From Podospora anserina (Eukaryota), in assembly GCA_017654855.1 (NCBI GenBank), contig CM030332.1, positions 5,766,001 to 5,830,000 of the forward strand: DNA of 64,000 nt. The letters run 5' to 3'. Position 1 is the first letter of the stretch; each line of letters starts with the position of its first letter. Made by a program: the position numbers and the translations under genes. This document shows, in pieces, positions 49,709 to 60,752 of the stretch. The notes under the pieces are model-generated. The model worked only from the letters and a program-made list of their open reading frames with translations, was not told where the DNA came from and ran no database searches.

Positions 49709-50589
49709 CAGCTAAGCTACAGTCTTGGTTCTATTCCGTCGGTTACGGGCAGGGATGCGAAAAGCCAAGATGGCCGCCAAAGTGGCGCAGATTAAGCGGT
49801 TGAGTGATGAGCCCAGCACAACCAGCTTAGAAGACGGCGTGAAGAAGGAACCTGTGTAATCGTGTCCTTCACCACCAAGCTGTGACAATAGGCAAACATA
49901 GATTTGAATCGTATTAAACTACAAAGAATTATGTGACTTAGTATTGCTGCAAAGAAAATTCAGTAATAATAGATCCAAAGGACCCATTAACACATTTAAC
50001 AATTAACCAAGCTAGCCCGTTCTGTTCGAGTGTCAGGCATTGTGGAATGATGTAAATCTCTACCATGATAGGCTCCACGCCATACACGCTATAAAAGCGC
50101 AGAGAAGACCTCCTCCATTCCGGACAGATGTACTAGTCGACTTTGAGGGTTTTGGCATTAATGCAGTGAGCAAATATGTTTGAGAAGAATTGTTTGCGAT
50201 GGTTTGAGGTCCATGTAGAGAGTTTATGTGATTAGTGATGGTTGGTACGACAACATTATGGCCAAATAAGCATGTTTTAGTAGTATTTAACAGACCAACT
50301 GACCAGGACTCGAGGCTGGAAGATGGTGCCACCTTGATGGAATCGTTACCGACAGAAGATGGCAGCTGAACCAGAGTATATGTGGACTCTCCACCGCAGA
50401 TCTCAACAGTGACTACAGCAGTGCATGAAGCCATTGATCTAAAAGCTGCTAGAAGTGTTTGGCAACATACCTACGGATCAGGCATTGACCGGTTTAAATA
50501 CTGGCAGTAAGATCTGAACAGCTTCCAAAACTGGCCAGCAACATTTTTCGGCAACTGCCGTCCGATCTCTTGCCTCCTCCGACGATTGC

Positions 50590-50973
50590 CCACTGCCCCT
50601 CGCTATATTTGTCTCAGCATAGAAACACTGGTATTTACGGTTGTGTACCTCGCTCGTCTCCGAAACCGTTTGTGATCGGTTACTGTACGGTGCTCCGTAC
50701 AAATACACCCACGATAATAACCCAACTAGCAAGATGTGTGGAGATGGCAAAGTAGGCTGCATTTTGAGCCCTGCTAAGATCGTGGAAATGGAGGTGCAAG
50801 CACTTCTCCTGCTGGACTGGAACCTTAGTCTTCCCGAATACGAATTTTACACCGAGCTAGAGCCTCTTTCAGAGCCAATACGGAACCAGCTTTTCTGGCT
50901 TCAAACTCGGCGTCAGTTGCCGCTCCCTGATTTTTCAGGACTAGTGGAGAATGATGTTACTTGTAATGGGTAA
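50590..50973 (+). pseudogene. Pho85-type (Pcl-like) cyclin pseudogene
   Basis: TLVFTVVYLARLRNRL (from 50625), then after a deletion or frameshift KYTH...EME.Q.L.LLDWNL......Y.ELEP...PIR. These match Pcl1/2 cyclin-box segments. Confidence 0.75.
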
Positions 50974-51230
50974 TATGTACAGTAAACCGAGGTTCCCAAA
51001 CAGTAACACACAAACAAGCCTGAGTCTTGGAATACTCTAGTATAGTGAAAAAAACAAACTTTCTAATTGGTACTGTACAGTATCAACGCTGGCCTCGCTC
51101 ATCGGAAGCCAAGTTAGCGAGAGGCAGCACATAATTTCCAACATCCAGGGATTGACGTACTCCTCCAAATATGGAGCTTAGAGTCATGTTATATAAGGGA
51201 AGCGGCATGAGTGATAAGCGTTAACTAAAC

Positions 51231-52790
51231 ATGGATCAATTCGCTATATTCCGGGAGCTCGCGTCTACTCCACTCTCTTCCCATTCTATTTGTATGCTTC
51301 GAGCTGCAGTGCAAATTATACTGGCCAGGTATCCAAAATGCATAAGCGCAATCGAGGCATCAGATAGCTTTGTCTTTCCATCTCAGCATTCTTTTCATAC
51401 GCCGAGTAACGGTATCCATGTAGACGAAAGGTGGACAGCGTACGCCGATCGTATATCGCAGCGACAAGAACCGGGTGAACATGACGAGATATCTCCGTCA
51501 TTATGGCGAGTTGCCCGAGGAGATTTTCTTGATATGATTGTTGTCAAGTCCTATTTACAGTTGCTGAGAGATAGATATTCTACTATTGAGATCGCCGAAC
51601 CCCGTGAGCTAGGGTTAGACTTCGGACAACTCATAGCCAACACGAGCGGAAAGACCACCGTCTTGCCGATTAAAGATGACGGGCAATGGTTATTCGCGGT
51701 GGTATATCCAGACTGTGTTCATTGGTTTGACAGTAGGCCAAATAGTATCGTCCCCCAATGTATTTCGTCCAACGGGAACAATTTCCCCAGCTGGACCGGC
51801 CCAAAACAGACTCGGCCGGAAGATTCAGGGCTGTTCATGTTGCTAGGAATACGGCTCCTCACTGAAGGCGCTGCCCATTTAAGCCAGCAAGAGGCTAATG
51901 CAGTTATCCCAAGCTTCCGTTCCACAATACTCGTTGAACTCCTCTCCATGATATTAGATCCTGGAGATAGGGAATTTGAAGGCTTGTTACGACGAGAGAA
52001 TGAGCAAGATTCGCTCTTCTTTAACGAGGCAATTTGGTCACCGACGCTCCGAGAACCAACAGTAGAAAGTACGCTAGTAGTTTCGGCACCGGTCGGACCG
52101 GCATCCGCTGCGCCCTATGCGGTACCGCCCGTTTCTAGCTTGCAACCCGTGCCAAAAGCTGTTCTCGCCCGCTCTATCCTTCCGAATGACCGTAAGACTA
52201 TTCTTGAGGTGTTGAGCGGCGCCGTTGCGGCTAGCCGATCTATAAGAATGACTTCAGACACGGCTCTCGCGGTAATCTGGTCATCGATTAAAAATGGCAC
52301 GGTGGTGAGCGAGTTTCATAAGCGGTATAATGGTGTACTATTTTATGAGAAAATGGAGCAGGTAAATCAGATGGATCCCTTATTGCTTGATATCGATCCT
52401 TCTATTTTAAGGGAAATGAAGACCATGCGACCAAGGTTTCGATTCTGGGCGGAATTATGCAGACTTTATCGCGGCCAGGGATTAGCCAGATATACACTGT
52501 TATGTGCTCTGCCAAAGGGATATCGCGTCCCGAATCAGCGTAACCTGCAAGTCACAAAGCTCTCTGAGATTCAATCACGTCTCTCAGACGAGAACGACAC
52601 CCTGCGGCGCAATCTTGCGGAAGCAGAGAACCTCTGTAAAGCAATCCTCCAGTCTTCTCTTCCGGTGGAGCGTTTGATGATCGACTTTTACCTATTTAGA
52701 GCGGGCGAGCCCCTCACAGACGAGTCTTACAATGCCTACTTGAGCTTGAATCCTCATGAAAGGATTCGGATCCCGAGGCAATCATTATAA
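51231..52790 (+). CDS. Ulp1/C48-like pseudo-protease (519 aa, catalytic residues substituted)
   Basis: FLD.IVV.SYLQLL, VLPI....QW..AVV, WFDS and GPKQ....DSGLFML give C48 topology with His->Gln and Cys->Ser. Intact single ORF with TATA-like TATATAA upstream. Confidence 0.7.
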   Translation: MDQFAIFRELASTPLSSHSICMLRAAVQIILARYPKCISAIEASDSFVFPSQHSFHTPSNGIHVDERWTAYADRISQRQEPGEHDEISPSLWRVARGDFLDMIVVKSYLQLLRDRYSTIEIAEPRELGLDFGQLIANTSGKTTVLPIKDDGQWLFAVVYPDCVHWFDSRPNSIVPQCISSNGNNFPSWTGPKQTRPEDSGLFMLLGIRLLTEGAAHLSQQEANAVIPSFRSTILVELLSMILDPGDREFEGLLRRENEQDSLFFNEAIWSPTLREPTVESTLVVSAPVGPASAAPYAVPPVSSLQPVPKAVLARSILPNDRKTILEVLSGAVAASRSIRMTSDTALAVIWSSIKNGTVVSEFHKRYNGVLFYEKMEQVNQMDPLLLDIDPSILREMKTMRPRFRFWAELCRLYRGQGLARYTLLCALPKGYRVPNQRNLQVTKLSEIQSRLSDENDTLRRNLAEAENLCKAILQSSLPVERLMIDFYLFRAGEPLTDESYNAYLSLNPHERIRIPRQSL

Positions 52791-54714
52791 CCACAGCTAC
52801 CACGTTGTGTTAGAATACGTCGCCGGTAGACCAGTAAATAGAATGATAAGCACTGGTTCGAAGGCAGCTAGCCAGCTGTGACTTGCTCCAAGACAAGCAA
52901 CCAATTGACTAAGTGTTGAAATACAGCACTTATTTGTGGATTTTACAGTATGTTTTGGTTTGTGTCTCCGAGTCCTCACAGCGGGCACCATCAATGGCCC
53001 GGAGTCCAGGAAACTGCGTATATTATGAAGAACCCGGAACCGATAGTCCGAAACCGCGGGAACTGCGGCAGTGAAGGAATTGGAGAAAGCAAATACGAGG
53101 ACTGGATGCTGTATTTCAACAGTAACCTGGGCTGCTGATCTTCAACACCGGTATTCACGGCCCAGGAGCGGAGCAAGAAGATGGAGTTGCAGGCCCACAC
53201 TCCGTTTCTTCTTCATCTTACGAGTACACTGATATTAGCCTTTGACTTAAGCCCCTCATTCGTGCCAGCAATCTACCCGTTCAAAAAACATGGAGTGTCT
53301 TCTGCGCCGATTTAACGCCACCTAGGTGCCCTACTCTTCGCCAAAACTTCCACCGCCCCATGTTTTTTTAAGCTATTCTTCACCCTAGATGTTAGCCTGA
53401 AATATATCCATCGAGGAATAATAGTTGTATGTACAATAAGGTAGGCTTTAACGGCTAGGTTGCAACCTTGGAAAAGAGAGTCACCTACACTGGCAAGACT
53501 TAGTTATTTGCTTACTTCTACGGGATTGCCGGTCTCTTCTTCGCCTCCTTCTTCAATTGTCGACAATACCTGCTGAATGGACGGGAATTGTGTAAATGCT
53601 GCTCTTTCAGTTGACTTTGGGGGAGCGGCCCGCGTTTGCAGCGGTATTCATGCTATGGTGAGAACTGCGTGGCAAATCTCGGTGAAAGAGTGTCTTGTTC
53701 CCGTCTTTCGGCCGATCCATGTTCGCTAATAACGAACCAAAGGTTTTTGCAGAATCGTGCCGGTGACTAAGCGTCGGCAAGAGAACAACTCCTGAAAAGG
53801 ATACAGCATTGTCTATATTCCGTAATCCGTATAGTAGGCCAGGAACTAGCACAGGTTGCCGCCGGAACTAAAACAGGCTCCTGCAATTCGTAACCTCAGG
53901 GTACACCTTGTTTAGCAAAGCCCGTTTTGGCGGCTAAAACCCAGTAAATCTCTGAACCAACCCATTAGCCGGTTTCCCTGCAGCCATGGTGCTGTGCTGT
54001 AAGGTTTGCCAAGTCAATAACACTATTTAGTTCCCACTGTTGCCAAGGTATGGAAATGTCAAACTAGCTTCCATTTGTCCATTAATGACGACATGGATTC
54101 GGACCAAGAGTGAATCGCAAAGTCAATGTCGAACTCCACCAATGGGAGGCTAGACCACCCCCCTCTTTTCGATCTTCATGACAACCAACTACCCGGATCA
54201 GTGATGGCGCTCTCGTTCGCCCCGGACGGGTCGACCTCAAGATCGAGCTCCCCAACCCAAACCGAGAAGTCATCCGTCACATGTTTACATTATGGTAAAG
54301 GTGGCGAAAAAAGAGCACGATTTCGAAACACTAGTTCGGTGGCTGTCAGTAGTCATCATGTCGATGTCTGGCAGGGAAGGCCACCTGCAGATAGCTGCCC
54401 TCGCTCATGCATAGTTTTGATGAGCCAGGATCAAATTAGTCCAGTGGGCTTTTGGCAACTATGAGTACTCCAGGATAACAGCAGGCTCCAAAATAATAAG
54501 GACCTGTATTTTTGCATCAAAGTTATTCATGCCTTTCGGCCACTGAGGGTAATGGTTGGAGGGCAGGCTGTCATCGTAAGGGATGTTCGAGAATTGTGCT
54601 GGGTGTGCGCTCCACTAACGCAACAGAGCCAACACCTCAGGTAGGAACCTTCCCTTTAGGCCAAGCCATGAAAAGCGGCCTGACGGGCGGAGCGGCTGAC
54701 TGTCCCGAAAGCTT

Positions 54715-54935
54715 GTGAAGAGGGGTCAAAGTGGACGACAATGGGAGGATCTTCTCCACAGATGGCTTCTTGACAGAGTCAAAAGGATTCCAATTCCTCC
54801 GGAGTTGGCTCAAAGAAAGTCTTTGCACAGTAGTGAGCTCGCTTACTCTTATTGCCGTTGACTATGTTGCCGGATTCTCGTCCTTGCTTGAGGAGTGCGA
54901 TCTTGCGTCTGTGCAATGGCCCAATTATTTAGGTG
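54715..54935 (-). mobile_element. Gypsy pol (RT/RNase H linker) remnant
   Basis: IIGPLHRRKIALLKQG...KRAHYCAKTFFEPTPEELESF / AIC....IVVHFDP. Confidence 0.65.
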
Positions 54936-55137
54936 TGATATGGAAGCAAGTGGCGAAGAAAACCTGCAGCTCCGACATATTATATGATGTGATAAATGTG
55001 TTGTATTGACTAGTAGGAAGATACTCCACAAAGCAGCTAAGGCTGTGCCCAAGCTCCCAGAGCGAGGTGGTCTGGCCGTCTAGAAGCCTTCCGCATCTTG
55101 AGTTTCCCAATTCCCTCAAAAGCAGTTGAGCAAACAA

Positions 55138-55292
55138 GAGCCCAGGTCTGTCTTGGTCATGGACAATGCGTCATTTCATCATACGTCTTCAGCTCTCCAA
55201 AGAACTCCTTGATCGGGCTCAACTAGGGTGAGTAGGGCGGTAAGTAGAGCAATACTCCCGCATCGTCACACAACTGCTACATTTTCTGCGAA
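55138..55292. mobile_element. Tc1/IS630-type DDE transposase fragment with internal inversion
   Basis: EPRSVLVMDNASFHH lies on + (55138-55182). The directly following segment QLCDDAGVLLYLPPYSP*LSPIKEFFGELK lies on - (55292-55183). Confidence 0.8.
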
Positions 55293-55534
55293 TACTGTAC
55301 TAGACGGAAAGCTTTCTCTAACCAGGCAGCCCAACTGTAAGCACGAGCCACATACCCTACCTTAGGTGCTTGAAGATGCTCTGCGCCAAAAGCCGATGTA
55401 ATCCGACCCAAGAAGTTACGCTAAAGTTGTCACATAACAGAAGTGGCCTATACCTCTCATTCGCGATAATTTGCTTCGTCTACCTACTCTGCCCCCGTTC
55501 TTAGACGATACGGTAAAAAGGTATAAAATATTAC

Positions 55535-55894
55535 TTAGCTACTAGTAGTGCTAGCAATCTGCCGCAATATGTCTGAAGTATAACAACCGTCTATTGTAGC
55601 AAATACTAGGTACTTTAACGACGCGAATTTATCAGACTGCTGGCCGTGCTTACGCTCTTTAGTGGCCGGATCAATGTATTGACCGTCGCTTTGGTCTAGA
55701 AAGGCTGCGTCCCGGATAGATTGCCTGAACCACAACTCTTGTTCCCACTCAGCGCTTATAAGGGCAGCTATGAGTGAGTCAAGGAGGTTAATATGGCCAA
55801 TAAGGATGCGGAGGTTGTAGTTGGGGCGGTTAAGATTGGATAATAGCTTCGCCCGAGCGATCTGTGCTAGGATGCAGGATTGTGTCACTGACAT
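55535..55894 (-). CDS. Ecm13-like small protein, divergent copy
   Basis: MSVTQ..ILA.IARAKL......YNLRILIGH.NLLDSL...L..AE.EQE.WF.QSIR matches the conserved fungal Ecm13-type N-terminal motif. Confidence 0.7.
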   Translation of the reverse strand: MSVTQSCILAQIARAKLLSNLNRPNYNLRILIGHINLLDSLIAALISAEWEQELWFRQSIRDAAFLDQSDGQYIDPATKERKHGQQSDKFASLKYLVFATIDGCYTSDILRQIASTTSS

Positions 55895-56021
55895 CTTTGT
55901 AGAAGCTTAGACAAAAAAAACGGCAAAAGGCGGAATAAGCAGCGCTTCAACGCTACAGATAGTTGGAGGAGGACAGACAATTTTTCCTATTCAGTAGCCT
56001 TCCTACTATATGCAAATCATT

Positions 56022-56152
56022 TAGCCTAAGGCAGCGCTAGGATCATAACATGAAATTTTTGCTTCTGGTAAAGCTAGAAACGGCTTTTTGTATTTTACCT
56101 GTGTAGGTCTGCCTTTGCCGGAGCCAGAAACATCTTCTATTTGTTGGCCTAG
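56022..56152 (+). repeat. ~130-bp dispersed repeat, copy 2 (copy 1 at 30074-30212)
   Basis: Same orientation as copy 1, with an internal deletion of about 10 bp. Confidence 0.85.
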
Positions 56153-56723
56153 GCAACAAGGTATAGGGAATTGCTGACTCTACCAAAGCCATGAATGGCT
56201 TCTAATAGTAATCATCCGTTCCGGTTTCATTAGCGGGGGGATAGTGCTCGGGACGTTAGGGGGCCGTTGACAGTCGGATCGCCTGACACTTCATTGGGCT
56301 CCAATGCCGCTGGTTGCAATGATCTCCGCGAGATTAGGCACGAAGGATTCCCAGATGTTGTTTGCCTGCTCTCCATGGCGGACTTCAAAATGGAGAGCAA
56401 TGAAGCAGGCATTGCAGACAAAATATCTGCCATAAGGACGAAGCTGCAATGGTCAGGTACACTAAATCCCTCTTACGGCCCGCTATTGTAAAACTAACAA
56501 TCTAGGCAGGTCTGTAAGAAAGTTCAGGAACACAGAAGTATGATTCAATGTGTTTACCTTCCGTGAGAGGCGATCATAGTGCAACCGCCATGACCATTAC
56601 CTAAAGTCATCGCCTTTACTAGACTCGAGCTTGGCACGTGCTCAGCACGGGCCAATGCGACTACAAAGACTCTGCTTCTCGCTGCCGCGAGATCTGTTTG
56701 TAGCTCTTTGAGCTACGTCTACC

Positions 56724-56763
56724 ACTGCCATTGACCTGTCAACCTGTGCCACCCGTGACAGGT
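56724..56763 (-). repeat. 40-bp inverted repeat, right copy (left copy 49669-49708)
   Basis: See the left copy. Confidence 0.85.
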
Positions 56764-56989
56764 AAACCCTTAGCAGCTATTAGTGGAGGCCGCCGGGGAT
56801 CCAGTTTATAGTATATTAGTAGGATTATCCATTTATGGAGACGGATAGTACTCGGTTTTCCTGTTAGTCTTATTTTACTGAAGGCCATCTGCCACTTTTA
56901 GAAGGTAATTTGGTAGTAGCCTTAGCCGGATATACAAAGTTAGAATATCATTTCTACCAGCAACTATGGGCGAGATAGGCTTAAAAGCG

Positions 56990-57130
56990 ACAGTCTTACG
57001 GATCGGCTGCCTCCGATGTGCCAAATGGGTCGAGATCACCTCGACGGATACTTTACACGCGTTTGATATGATGAGAATTGGATACAACTTGTATTACTGT
57101 CTCCGCTGCGCTAGGGCTACTGGATACCTC
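56990..57130 (+). pseudogene. Fragment with CxxC...CxxC zinc-ribbon motif
   Basis: GCLRCAKWVEI.STD.....M.RIGYNLYYCLRCA...GY resembles the C-terminus of a conserved fungal hypothetical protein family (recalled, not searched). Confidence 0.45.
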
Positions 57131-57167
57131 GATATCTCTACATGGCAAGGGAGGGTCCTGCAACCTA

Positions 57168-58910
57168 CTATCTCCGAGCCCGTTTCCATTCCACCCCGCC
57201 ACCCCCTTGATCCAGTAGCTTCCTCTTCCGGTGGTCTATCGTCCCAAACCGGCTATTCAAGCTCTGCGCGTTAATAAGGGACTCTGGGGTGAAAGGCGAG
57301 CCGCTTATCGGGGAAGTGGCGTCCCCCTCTCTAAGCGATATTTTGAACGGCTCCGTCCGACTAGTCGTATGGAAACTGACCTCTTTAACAAAGTTTCCAT
57401 CGTCCCCCTTAGCAGACCGGTCTTGGAAGCCCCCGGGTAGAATCCGGTCGTCCACTAGGAAAGAGGCCGACGCTTGGTCAAGCTGTGAAACGAGGGCGTC
57501 AAATTCAGGGGTCCTTACCCGTAGCCGACAAAGGATCCTACAGGCGCACTGATACGTCCCGTTTACGAACTGGAATGGGCGGCCGGGATCGAGCTCGAAG
57601 AGAAACGTTGCCAAAACGCTCGGAAGAGTCGTAGAGGGAAAGAGTGTGGGACTCTGAAGGGCCTGGCTTTTCCCAGACCCACACCGGTTTTGCTCTTGGG
57701 GCTGGATTTTCTTACTTTTTCCTTTTAACCAACAACAAACAACGGTAATACTAATTTGTTTACTATTTTCTGGCCAATTTTGGCCTCACTTTCGCAGCCA
57801 GTGACTTTCCTAGGTCACCAGCCCAACAAAGAGTCCCTCCATAAATGTCGATACCTCGTCCGGGCGGCCGCCGCGGGCAGAGCCTGTCCCAAGTGACACC
57901 ACCAGGCTTGGGTCTGGCGTGTCTGGGAACAGGGCGGCAACTTCCAGGAGGGCTATAGATGCGGAAGGAGAATTCGTGAATGGTTCTTGGCCTTGCTGAC
58001 CAGGAAGACAGGCAGCGCTGTGGGGCAGGCTAAGCCACGAAATAGTTAACATATCTCGCCTGGCAAGGCAGGCCCGACAAAGGGCAAATTGTTTGTTTTC
58101 TGCACGCCACCTCGCGGGCTTCCTCCAGCATTCTACGGTTCGTACCACGGAGGCGCCTCGGGAACCATTCGACTTCGTTCTCACGTCACGGTTGGGAAAC
58201 CCGATCGCACCAGATCTAGAAATACACCTTTCGCGATTTTTAGAGCATTTCCGGTCGTCTGATTCTCTCAAAAGATTCGCGATACCTGTGATCGCGTCAT
58301 CATTCATCCTAGACCATTATCCACCCGGAATGCATCGTAGGTAGACGCCTAGCACATACCAGTCTGAGCCAGCTAATTCTTCGCAGGTTTTCACCCTCGT
58401 ACTATCTTCGGTGCCCTATATAAACGAATATGCCATTCCATAGCTAAAAGCTCGATCCTGGCCTACCAAGGATTAAGGCATATGATTCTACCATCGGCTT
58501 TTGCCAGTCTGGTCGAGGAGGAGATGAATCAGCAATTTGCACAATATACATTACATGGCTCCTCGGAGGCTCTTCACCGCCAGCGGATGAATGGCTTTCG
58601 GCGCGAGAGAGTCTTTGGGTGCCTAAGTCCTACAGACCCCTGGTTATTTCATATCGACGCTTGCTTCCTTTGTCAGGCGGAGTCGGGTGTCCCGGATTAG
58701 GGTGAAGCCAGATACGGCGAGTGTCCGAGTGCTTAGTGTCAACGGCGGGGGGACAAGAGGGCTGTCCCCTTAGAATTCATCCAAGTGCTGCAAAACTGTA
58801 TCGGGCTGCCTTATCCGGTACAACAGCATTTTGATGTAATTTATGGAACAAGTTCTGGTAAATCCACACCCGGCCGCGCGGCCCAGAGCTGTTGGTATTC
58901 TTGCAGGCGC
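57168..58910. pseudogene. Patatin-like phospholipase pseudogene split by an inversion
   Basis: The + strand at about 58050-58910 carries the N-part (IASSFILDHYPPGMH, RVLSVNGGGTRG, FDVIYGTSSG). The - strand at about 57990-57168 carries the C-part (ALLEVAALFP...VVSLGTGS, ISGSPFT...Q.L...FG..DHRKRK). Confidence 0.82.
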
Positions 58911-59489
58911 CATAAGGATTAGCTGAGTTCCAGACATCATTTTCTGCTAGGCACTTACAAGCTCTCGTATTCCATCATCAAAGATTAGGCGTGATATGAG
59001 GTAGGATTAGCTAGGTTGGATGACCAGTAAATGGACCACATGTGGATCTGGTCCACCACCACCACACCAGCCACACAACCTTGTTGAGATTACCCCTGAA
59101 TGCTCACACTGGCCACAACAAGACTAATACTGGGTCAATTTCTATGGGAGTCATACCAAAATGTAGCTCATTCACTGTCAGAGTCAGAAATTGCATCTGC
59201 TTCTCGCTTGCGCCTCGTTTGAACACGATGACGTGCGCTGCGCCGCACAGGGTGGGCTGGCTCTTGCTGCTCCACATCCTCCTTGGCTACCACTTCTTCC
59301 TCCACCACCCTCCCTTCACAACTGCCTGAATTGCGTGTGCTGCTTTATCTGCAAGATGTGCTTCCTCAGTCGTTCTTGGTGAGGCTTCTCGCGACATGCC
59401 AACCCAACCAGGAAGCACGGGAAAAGTAGAAGAAAAAAGTTGTTGTAGGGTCCAGAGGCAAAGTACGTTTGCTTTGCTTTTAAGTGGTC

Positions 59490-59810
59490 CATTGAGATGT
59501 GGAAGAAATATTGGCGCATCCTTACAGCTGATTGCACCCACGACATGACCATCCATAAGATGAAGCTTTGCCAGGCCGTTGGTAGGACCTCTGTCAAGTC
59601 TCACTTCCCGATCTTCTACGCCATAGGTACCGAAGAAAGCAACGATTTCATGGACTGGGCAATGGGACTTCTGCGCAACCTGGCCGATGAGAACGATATT
59701 CCACCCCCTCACCTCTACATTACCGATTACTCTGATGCCGAGCGGCACGGCCTTGGCTTGGCCTTCCCTGAGAGTGACCGTTAACTCTGTCAATTCCATA
59801 TTAAGAAAGG
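59490..59810 (+). mobile_element. MULE transposase DDE-domain remnant
   Basis: ILTADCTH....KM.L...VG, E....WA...L, YITD and AFPES..*LCQFHIKK (D, D and CxxH motifs). Confidence 0.78.
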
Positions 59811-60607
59811 TTTTCTCCGCTACCTTAGGATGGGCGAGCCGATAGGAGTCCCAGAAATGGGAGTTCCCAAGGTAACAGTGGGACACCATTTAACTACGTG
59901 CGGTACATTAGCTAGTGCTACTGTCATAGACCAATCGGCCGGGTTGTTGAAAGCGGGGATGCAACCCTTAACAAGGCCAGCATTATCAGTTTCTTCTTTG
60001 AACGTCAGTCCTTCCCGGTCGAGGGAAATGCGTTGCCCCTTTTGAATTTTGGTGGGGTGTGTGCCTAGACTGCCTCTGCCACCCTACCCCCCTGTCAGCA
60101 GAGGCTAGAATTGCATTTTAGAATGTCCAAATTAAACAGTTTAATTGGAATCATTCGCAAATGAAACAGACGGTCTAATCGTCACATAAAACACCTACTC
60201 AGCATGAGATTCAGACCCGTCTTACATAGGTACCTTATCTCATATCATCAAGACTCATGGCCTCATACCTTCCTAGTTCCTTGACATCAGCTGCCGCTCT
60301 CGCGGGTAGTTACTGCAGCAGCGTGTGCTGAAGGATCATGCCAATGAAATTAACACCAGACTTCGCAGGGCTTTGCAAGATGGCAGAATTTCTCATCAAA
60401 GCTACAACTTTTGGAAGAAAAAAGTCTTTGGTTGTGGTCTGGGAATAGGACCGTACGTTAAGTATACTCAAAATATGGAGTCCAGATCCGTCTGCTTACC
60501 GTAAAATCTACGTGCCGCCCTGCTTGACATAAAGTCTTACTTATGTTGGGATTGAGTTGGATAGGCTGAAGCTTTTTGGTAAATGCAGAGTAGTCTTAGT
60601 TCTGTTC

Positions 60608-60752
60608 AATATATATATCGTTTTTGTGTCTAGCTCGATCTCTTAAAACCCCTCATGTGTTCCCCCGGTAACAGAAGTTGAATATATGTATCGTTTTTGT
60701 GTCCGGCTCGATCTCTCAAAATCCTTTATATGCTCCCCGGTAAGAGAAGTTA
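60608..60752. repeat. ~73-bp tandem duplication overlapping the stop codon of the RING gene
   Basis: AATATAT.TATCGTTTTTGTGTC..GCTCGATCTCT.AAAA.CC.T.AT.TG.T.CCCCGGTAA.AGAAGTT at 60608 and 60681. Confidence 0.85.
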
